NCBI RefSeq assembly: GCF_005696695.1
Contig: NZ_CP040006.1
Span: 1,440,001 to 1,472,000, forward strand
DNA: 32,000 bases
From: Schaalia odontolytica
GTDB lineage: Bacteria > Actinomycetota > Actinomycetes > Actinomycetales > Actinomycetaceae
Direction: 5' to 3'
The translations under genes were made by a program, and so were the position numbers. The notes under the pieces were generated by a model, which saw only the letters and a program-made list of their open reading frames with translations, was not told the DNA's origin and ran no database searches. This document shows positions 26,066 through 32,000 of this stretch, in pieces. Positions within the stretch are counted from its first letter, which is position 1; every line of letters starts with the position of its first letter.

Positions 26066-26716
26066 TCACTCGGGGCGAACGAGCCACCGCTCCTTCATGT
26101 CGACGGCGACACCAGCCATGACCTCGTGCATATTGAGCGCACGGCCACCGTCCGCGCGCGAGCAGAGCCACTGGACCTGGAGCCCATCCGATATCGCAAC
26201 GAGGCGGCGCGCGATCTGCTCACTCGGAGCGTCCTCACGCACCTCGCCCGTGGTCTTGCCATGCTCGAAAGCCTCAACGAGGTAGGAAATCGCACCGATC
26301 AGGTGCTCGCGGAACCACGGATGCGCCTGGTGCTTCGAATCAATGACGGCAGCCGACATCGCCGTGTAGAGCGCCACTCCGTCGGGATGGCGCTGATTGT
26401 GTGCCACCATGTCCACCCAGGCATCCAGCGCGGCCTCGGCCCCCTCCTCGGGGCGCGGGAGTCGGCTGACAATGCGGCGATCACGCTCGTCCAGGACGGC
26501 CGCGAGCAGCTGATCCTTCGAGGAGTAGTGATGCAGGAGCCCCGCCTTCGAAATATCTGAGGCACGCGCGATGTCTGCAAGCGAGGTTGCCACGTAGCCC
26601 TGCGTCGAGAAAAGGGTGAGTGCCTCCGACAGGATGCGTGCCTTCTTATCCTCGCTACCGGCTTTCGGACGGCCGGGCCGACGGGTGCTCGTTGCCTTAG
26701 TAGCATCGTTGCTCAT
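26066..26716 (-). CDS. TetR/AcrR-family transcriptional regulator
   Basis: N-terminal HTH KARILSEALTLFSTQGYVATSLADIARASDISKAGLLHHYSSKDQLL, followed by an all-helical C-terminal ligand domain. Confidence 0.9.
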   Translation of the reverse strand: MSNDATKATSTRRPGRPKAGSEDKKARILSEALTLFSTQGYVATSLADIARASDISKAGLLHHYSSKDQLLAAVLDERDRRIVSRLPRPEEGAEAALDAWVDMVAHNQRHPDGVALYTAMSAAVIDSKHQAHPWFREHLIGAISYLVEAFEHGKTTGEVREDAPSEQIARRLVAISDGLQVQWLCSRADGGRALNMHEVMAGVAVDMKERWLVRPE

Positions 26717-26786
26717 GCGGGCTGCTCCATGTTCGGTGTGACAGAGTTACCAACAACCCATCATAGCGCGCAACCGTTTATGCGCC

Positions 26787-26828
26787 ACCGGGTATGCGAA
26801 CTTCTTTCGTCAAGTCCGCATACCCGGT
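26787..26828 (-). terminator. 12-bp perfect inverted repeat (accgggtatgcg N18 cgcatacccggt): candidate terminator of the upstream gene and/or TetR operator
   Basis: Read directly from the sequence. Lies 25 nt downstream of the 385-aa ORF stop and 71 nt upstream of the TetR ATG. No U-tract. Confidence 0.4.
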
Positions 26829-26852
26829 GCATCAATGGCGTGATTCGGGGCC

Positions 26853-28010
26853 TTAGTAGCCGAATCGAACCTCGAACTGGGGCTTGCCCGAAGCGTCCAA
26901 CTCGAGCTTGCCATCCTTATCGGTCTTCACGGTCGCGGTCACCCGGGACGTCACGTCACGCTGCTTGTCCCAGCTCTCCATGCCCTGGATCGTGAACGTT
27001 GCCTCGCCGGTATAGACACCGCCTTCATCCGTCGTCGCCTTCATGGCCGTGGGCATCGTCTTGACCTGCAGGAGGGCCAGGGTCCGGGACTGAACCGCGC
27101 TCGGGCAGGCGGTGTCAATGTTGCCCGGGACGGTCGCGCACGAGTTCGTGAGCGCAGCCGCAGCATCGAGCGCGGCGGCAGCCATCTTGTCGTTGTAGGT
27201 ACCCTTCAGCTCGACCGTTCCACCGTAGTAGGAGCTGTCGTAACCCGTTGCTGCCTTGACCGAAATGGTCTTGGGCGCAGCATCGATGTACTCGCCCGTC
27301 TCCTCCGGGGTGAACGTGTAGACGCCCGGGTAGAGCACGATGGAGCTACTCGGGGCTTCCTTCAGCGTCGCGACCGACATCTTTTCGCCGCCGATCGAGA
27401 AGTGCGTGACGTTGTCTGCCTGCACATCCACGCGAGCGACCATCGCATCCTGGATCTTCCAGTTCTTCAGCAGCCCAAAGGTCTTCTTCGCTTCACTGAC
27501 GCGGAAGGATCGGGTGAAGCGTTCGCCGTCGAGGCGCATCGTCGCCGTCACCACCCGTTCCTTCGAGTGCTCCGCATCATCCACGGTCACGTCCTCAACC
27601 TCAATGCGGGCGCTCGACGAGGCCATGACCTCGTCGGAGAGGAAACCGCGCTGATCGTTGGGCAGCCCCGGATCGACCATCGCAGTCGCAGCGGCGGCCT
27701 TGCCGTCCGCGAGCAGATCAAGATACTGGCGAACCTGCGCCTCGGGCGTGCGCGTCCAGTTCGCGATCGCCAAGGCGACGGTTGCGACAACCCCGAGCAC
27801 AACGAGGGCCACAACGCCGACGACGATGCGCTTGATGCGACGGCGGCTCTTATCCGACATCGGCGTAAAGGTCACGCCCGCCTGCGGGACTGCGACAGCC
27901 GGAGCAACCACATTCTGGGGGATCGGAGCGGGCGGAGGCGTCGGGCTCTGGGAAGGGGCCGGGGGCGGGGGCACCGCACCCTGATTCGCATCGTAGTGCT
28001 GCTCAGACAT
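26853..28010 (-). CDS. Hypothetical single-pass membrane protein with a proline-rich cytoplasmic N-terminus
   Basis: ATG 28010 with GAGGA 7 nt upstream, and high GC3. PPPPAPSQSPTPPPAPIP, then KSRRRIKR + IVVGVVALVVLGVVATVALAIA (TM segment), then about 300 aa of beta-rich ectodomain with 2 Cys. I recognise no family. Confidence 0.75.
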   Translation of the reverse strand: MSEQHYDANQGAVPPPPAPSQSPTPPPAPIPQNVVAPAVAVPQAGVTFTPMSDKSRRRIKRIVVGVVALVVLGVVATVALAIANWTRTPEAQVRQYLDLLADGKAAAATAMVDPGLPNDQRGFLSDEVMASSSARIEVEDVTVDDAEHSKERVVTATMRLDGERFTRSFRVSEAKKTFGLLKNWKIQDAMVARVDVQADNVTHFSIGGEKMSVATLKEAPSSSIVLYPGVYTFTPEETGEYIDAAPKTISVKAATGYDSSYYGGTVELKGTYNDKMAAAALDAAAALTNSCATVPGNIDTACPSAVQSRTLALLQVKTMPTAMKATTDEGGVYTGEATFTIQGMESWDKQRDVTSRVTATVKTDKDGKLELDASGKPQFEVRFGY

Positions 28011-28243
28011 CTCTCAATCCTCACTGTTGTACGCGCCGATGGGGAGGCGCTGCGGTGCCGCTGCTGAGGTTGGCCACACCGAAACCGCTAAATTTTCTCA
28101 CACGGTATTTTCTTCATCAAATAAACAATTGCGGCCGCCATATGCTGGACGATCACGCCGCACACCACTTCTACGGTGCGACCGTCGCAAACATGCGGAC
28201 GTACCACATACTGCTTCCCAGTGAGGCAAGACGCTGACCGGCG

Positions 28244-28435
28244 TCAGGCGTCGACGTCAGTCTCCGCATCGACGACGGGCAGGGCCTTCGTCGGCGGAAC
28301 GCATGCGTCACCCTGCAGCGCGGGCAGGGACAGTCCGGCTGTCGCCGGAATCTCCTCCGACGACTCCGCGAGCTTGCGCGCCACGCGCGACATCGGTCGA
28401 GACGAGGCCGGGGTGCCCTCAGTCAACGCGGTCAT
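28244..28435 (-). CDS. Possible small acidic protein (63 aa), function unknown
   Basis: The track ORF 28244..28492 begins at TTG. I would start it at ATG 28435 (MTALTEGTPASSRP...DAETDVDA). GC3 is high like real genes, and a hairpin overlaps the stop. No recognisable motif. Confidence 0.35.
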   Translation of the reverse strand: MTALTEGTPASSRPMSRVARKLAESSEEIPATAGLSLPALQGDACVPPTKALPVVDAETDVDA

Positions 28436-28515
28436 CCTGATGTACTCCAATCGTTGGTCGTCACGCCGCTTCACTTCCCCGTCTACAAACAAAGACTCCG
28501 GCGGCCCACATCACA

Positions 28516-29511
28516 CTAGTCTACGGAATCGGCAGAGAAATGATCCCACGCCCCGCGCAGGACCGCCCCATCCATCATCGCCTGCGGCTCCTCATCGGGC
28601 AGGCACGCTCGCACCGCGCCGACAACGCGGAATCCCTCGGGCAGCTGCGCATCCGGCGGAAAAACGGCGATCATCCCGTGTTCCTCTCCCCCTTGCAGGA
28701 CCCACCGCACCGGATCGACCGCGCAGACGCGGGCGGCGGGAGCCAGCCGGCTCGCCTCCGCCTCGATGGCGTCTCGATCGAACTCGATGACGACACTCGA
28801 GGCCTTGGCAATGCGCGCCGCGTCAGTTGCGGGCCCATCCGACAGGTCCATCATGGCGCGAGCGCCCGCAGCCGCAGCGGCCACGCCGGAGCCCAGCGGA
28901 GGCCTCGGCGCACGGTACGTCTCAATGAAAGGTGCCAGATCGCCCAGCTGCTCAACTCCACGCGACGAGGCATCGACGTACCCACCTTCCAGGAGATCGA
29001 GGCCGGCGTAGGAGTATCCGAGGGTGCCGCTGACCGCCACGACATCTCCGGGGCGCGCGCCGTCACGGCGCACCACCGGACCCGGGCAATAGCCGAAGGC
29101 CGTGATCGAAATGACGAGCTTCTCCCCCGCGCTCAGATCGCCGCCAACCACACCAGCTCCAACCTCGCGCGCGCGGTCCCCCAGGCCTCGGACAACATCC
29201 AGGAAGACGTCCGCGTCCATGTCGCGCGGCGCCACCACCGAGGCAACGAGCGCCGAGGGGCGTCCTCCCATCGCATCGATATCCGCGAGGTTCTGGGCGG
29301 CAACGCGGGCACCGACCTCGTAACCGGTCGACCACGACAGGTGGAAATGCTGGTCCTCCACCATGACGTCCGTCGTCACGATAAATGATCCTTCGGGAGC
29401 CGCGACCTGGGCGCAGTCGTCACCAATACCGATCATAGTGCGCTCGCCGCGCGGGAAAGACTCGCGGAAATGAGACACCAACTGTGCCTCGGACAGCTCA
29501 GCTAACTTCAT
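28516..29511 (-). CDS. thiL: Thiamine-monophosphate kinase
   Basis: ORF 28516..29592. The family N-terminus fits ATG 29511 (MKLAELSEAQLV...). Motifs GIGDDCAQV, TTDVMVEDQHF, AAQNLADIDAMGGRP. Confidence 0.9.
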   Translation of the reverse strand: MKLAELSEAQLVSHFRESFPRGERTMIGIGDDCAQVAAPEGSFIVTTDVMVEDQHFHLSWSTGYEVGARVAAQNLADIDAMGGRPSALVASVVAPRDMDADVFLDVVRGLGDRAREVGAGVVGGDLSAGEKLVISITAFGYCPGPVVRRDGARPGDVVAVSGTLGYSYAGLDLLEGGYVDASSRGVEQLGDLAPFIETYRAPRPPLGSGVAAAAAGARAMMDLSDGPATDAARIAKASSVVIEFDRDAIEAEASRLAPAARVCAVDPVRWVLQGGEEHGMIAVFPPDAQLPEGFRVVGAVRACLPDEEPQAMMDGAVLRGAWDHFSADSVD

Positions 29512-29557
29512 AGGAACCAGACTAGTCGCGGGCGCAGCACCGCGCCGCGAAGGCGCC

Positions 29558-30406
29558 TCAGTTTTCGACGCCTCGCACGGTCTGGGAGGCAAAGAGGCAG
29601 GTCGCGGCCGCGCTGGCCACGTTCAGAGATTCAGCATCACCCGTCATCGGGATAGACACGAGCGCGTCGCACAGGCGCATTTCATCGCCAGACAGGCCCC
29701 GCGCCTCGTTGCCGAACACCCACGCGTGCGACTGGGACAGGCGCGAGCGGGCCGACACTCCCTGCACGAGGAGGTCGGAGAGGCTGATCGAACCGGCGCC
29801 ACCGCTGGTGCCCAGCAGGGCCGCACTGCGACCGTGAATGAGAGCGCGGGCTTCGGCAAAGGACGGAACCACGCACACGGGAATGTGGAAGACCGAGCCG
29901 GCGCTCGAGCGCACGACCTTCGGGCTCGCGGCGTCCACCGTGCCCGCGACGACCACGACACCGACCGCGCCGAATGCGTCGGCCGTGCGAATGATCGTGC
30001 CAACGTTGCCGGGGTCGCGCCCCTGAGCGAGCACGACGATCGTCTCGCCAACGCTCGGCTCAGGCAGTTCGCGCGACAGCGCATCCAGGGAGGCGACTGC
30101 GCAGATGCCCTGCGAGTCCCCCGACAGGGCCGCCGAGACCTCGGCGGTCACCGGATGCACCCAGCGCGTGGCGCGGCGGGCCACGTCCACGACGTCCGCG
30201 TGCGTCTCCCACGCGTCCTCGCGGACGTACACGTCACGCACCGCAAACGGTCGGTGCGCAGCAAGTTCACGCACTGCCTGAGGCCCCTCGACAAGCATCA
30301 GACCCGAGCGCGAACGCGCCGAGCGCCCGACCAGACCCGACACCCTGCGCACGCGATCGGCGCGGGGATTATCGAGGACGGTCAGGCGCTCGGCGGAAAA
30401 GCTCAC
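29558..30406 (-). CDS. TrmH/SpoU-family RNA 2'-O-methyltransferase
   Basis: GTG start 3 nt after the rplT stop. SpoU motifs GRDPGNVGTIIRTADAFG, WVFGNEARGLS, IPMTGDAESLNVASAAATCLF. Confidence 0.88.
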   Translation of the reverse strand: MSFSAERLTVLDNPRADRVRRVSGLVGRSARSRSGLMLVEGPQAVRELAAHRPFAVRDVYVREDAWETHADVVDVARRATRWVHPVTAEVSAALSGDSQGICAVASLDALSRELPEPSVGETIVVLAQGRDPGNVGTIIRTADAFGAVGVVVVAGTVDAASPKVVRSSAGSVFHIPVCVVPSFAEARALIHGRSAALLGTSGGAGSISLSDLLVQGVSARSRLSQSHAWVFGNEARGLSGDEMRLCDALVSIPMTGDAESLNVASAAATCLFASQTVRGVEN

Positions 30407-30409
30407 CTA

Positions 30410-30790
30410 TCAGGCCTTGGGGGCGTTGATGTCGGCGGGCAGCGCGTCCTTGGCGACCTTCACCAGGGCGTTGAACGCGTTGATGTCGTTGACGGCCAGC
30501 TCGGCCAGCATGCGACGGTCGACCTCGACGCCAGCCAGGTTCAGGCCCTGGATGAGGCGGTTGTAGGTCAGGCCCTGGGCGCGGGAGGCAGCGTTGATGC
30601 GCTGGATCCACAGACGACGGAAGTCGCCCTTCTTAGCCTTGCGGTCGCGGTAGGAGTAGACGAAGGAGTGAGTGACCTGCTCCTTGGCCTTGCGGTACAT
30701 GCGCGAGCGCTGGCCGCGGTAGCCGGAGGCCTGCTCGAGTACGGTACGACGCTTCTTCTTGGCGTTGACAGAACGCTTAACACGTGCCAT
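30410..30790 (-). CDS. rplT: 50S ribosomal protein L20
   Basis: [39 protein letters not shown]... with GAGGAGAA upstream. Confidence 0.97.
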   Translation of the reverse strand: MARVKRSVNAKKKRRTVLEQASGYRGQRSRMYRKAKEQVTHSFVYSYRDRKAKKGDFRRLWIQRINAASRAQGLTYNRLIQGLNLAGVEVDRRMLAELAVNDINAFNALVKVAKDALPADINAPKA

Positions 30791-30817
30791 TTTCTACTGT
30801 TCTCCTCTAACTCGAGC

Positions 30818-31012
30818 TCACTTGCCCAGCAGACGCTTGACGCGCTTGACGTCAGCGGTCTCCAGGACCTGATCGGTCGCCAGACGACGGGTCTTACGGC
30901 TGGACTTGTGCTCCAGCAGGTGGCGGGCGCCGGCCTGCTCGCGCATGATCTTGCCCGAGCCGGTCGTGCGGAAGCGCTTCTTAGCACCGGAATGAGTCTT
31001 GTTCTTCGGCAT
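30818..31012 (-). CDS. rpmI: 50S ribosomal protein L35
   Basis: [44 protein letters not shown]... Confidence 0.97.
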   Translation of the reverse strand: MPKNKTHSGAKKRFRTTGSGKIMREQAGARHLLEHKSSRKTRRLATDQVLETADVKRVKRLLGK

Positions 31013-31048
31013 TTCTATTCCTTCGTTGTGAGGCGATGGGTATCGCCG

Positions 31049-31687
31049 TCAGTCCTGTTCGGCAGCCTTGTCGGCTGCCACTCGGGCCTGGTCCTTGCTG
31101 GCGCGCTCCGCGCGCTTGCCCCGGCGCTCAGCGCGCTCGGCCTCGCGGCGCTTGCGCTGCTCAGTCAGGGCGTCAGCCTTGCGCTTGGTGGGGGCCAGCA
31201 CCATCGTCATGTTGCGCCCGTCCTGACGGGGCATCGACTCGACGGTGGCAAGGTCACCAATCTCCTCGGCGAGGCGCTGCAGGAGGCGAACGCCAGCCTC
31301 GGGGCGAGACTGCTCTCGACCGCGGAACATGATCATGACCTTGACCTTGTCGCCGGCGGACAGGAAGCGCTCCACGTGGCCCTTCTTGACGCCGAAGTCG
31401 TGATCGTCGATCTTCAGTCGGAAGCGGATTTCCTTCAGCTGCGTGTTCGCCTGGTTGCGGCGAGCATCGCGGGCCTTCTGGGCGGCTTCGTACTTGTACT
31501 TGCCGTAATCCATGAGCTTTGCGACGGGCGGCTTGGCGTTCGGCGCAACCTCAACCAGGTCGAGCCCGGCCTCTTCGGCCAGACGCAGCGCGTCCTCAAC
31601 TCGGACGACGCCGACCTGTTCACCTCCGGGTCCCACGAGGCGAACCTCGGGGACTCGAATACGCTCATTGATGCGAGTCTCGCTGAT
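31049..31687 (-). CDS. infC: Translation initiation factor IF-3, non-canonical ATC start
   Basis: The track ORF starts at the internal GTG 31636. The frame stays open upstream and encodes [28 protein letters not shown], the conserved IF-3 N-terminus. ATC at 31687-31685 is preceded by GAAGGAG with a 6-nt spacer. Confidence 0.85.
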   Translation of the reverse strand: MSETRINERIRVPEVRLVGPGGEQVGVVRVEDALRLAEEAGLDLVEVAPNAKPPVAKLMDYGKYKYEAAQKARDARRNQANTQLKEIRFRLKIDDHDFGVKKGHVERFLSAGDKVKVMIMFRGREQSRPEAGVRLLQRLAEEIGDLATVESMPRQDGRNMTMVLAPTKRKADALTEQRKRREAERAERRGKRAERASKDQARVAADKAAEQD

Positions 31688-31722
31688 GAGCGGCTCCTTC
31701 CACAGAATCCTTATGCGTGTAA

Positions 31723-31787
31723 CGAAAAGCCTCCGTTACGCGACGCGCACGGAGGCTTCCATAGGTCAACACACACGGGTGTTGACC
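31723..31787 (-). promoter_or_regulatory. Two adjacent hairpins in the infC leader; the proximal one is terminator-like
   Basis: On the minus strand: GGTCAACAC-CCGTGT-GTGTTGACC (31787-31764), then AAGCCTCCG-N14-CGGAGGCTT followed by TTCGTT (31758-31723). This ends 36 nt before the ATC start. Confidence 0.4.
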
Positions 31788-32000
31788 GTCGTACCCGATC
31801 CCCTGCGCGGCGCCCCTGATGGGCGGCATCCTCTCTGTCGAGAGGCGGGTATCCAGGTGGGATTTCTCCGCTTGCGTTCCAGGCTTTCGCCCAGACGGTC
31901 GTACCAACTGTACCAGAAACAGCACAAGAGCGCCAGATCAGCAATCATTGCGCGCCTCACGCTTTACTGGGAGCGCGCGATGCTGGTTCAGCGCAGGACG

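Noticed and set aside
28055-28237. 60-aa plus-strand ORF (and the overlapping 65-aa ORF at 28027-28224) filling the GC-poor spacer
   Set aside because: It has many rare A/T-ending codons (CTA, ATA, TTT, AAT, AGA), no SD before the GTG, and is more simply explained as promoter DNA. I cannot exclude it absolutely.
28513-29527. ACTAGTC heptamer present at both ends of thiL (28515-28521 and 29518-29524)
   Set aside because: A 7-nt match between two short spacers is within chance expectation. There is no extended repeat around either copy, and thiL is a core gene.
31938-32000. Open minus-strand frame (RPALNQHRALPVKREARNDC-stop) at the window end
   Set aside because: Only 20 codons are visible, which is too short to call a gene. 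It is noted only because, if real, its terminator could account for the hairpins upstream of infC.

Overview
High-GC (roughly two-thirds G+C by eye) actinobacterial chromosomal core region. Gene content and order look Actinomycetaceae-like, but that is only an inference. I support 25 protein genes. They are: rne (partial, hand-translated, missing from the ORF track); cydAB; cydDC followed by a translationally coupled DosS/DosT-like tandem-GAF histidine kinase; a large secreted multidomain GH29 alpha-L-fucosidase with C-terminal cell-wall-binding repeats; a DosR-like NarL-family response regulator; the housekeeping string rnc / DUF177(YceD-like) / SepIVA-like / coaD / rsmD / recG / DAK2(YloV-like); rpmB; putA; a TetR regulator; a proline-rich single-pass membrane protein of unknown function; a doubtful small acidic ORF; thiL; a TrmH/SpoU methyltransferase; and rplT-rpmI-infC, with infC starting at a non-canonical ATC. 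I found no rRNA or tRNA genes, CRISPR arrays, transposases, integrases or recognisable defence or toxin genes. The long ORFs lying opposite the real genes share their codon register and are shadow ORFs typical of GC-rich DNA. The most system-like candidate is a split Dos-type redox or hypoxia module. The kinase is fused into the cydDC operon. A DosR-like regulator lies 3.9 kb away on the other strand, behind the fucosidase gene. Four 9/10 matches to the mycobacterial DosR half-sites (GGGAC-N4-GTCCC) sit upstream of cydA (two), cydD and putA. This is a hypothesis built from sequence reading and recalled family knowledge, not a demonstrated system. Other points worth a second look: the fucosidase domain architecture, a perfect 21-bp hairpin after putA, structured leaders upstream of infC, rpmB and rne, and the TetR / unknown membrane protein pair. 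No database search or folding computation was possible, so all homology calls rest on motifs I recognise.
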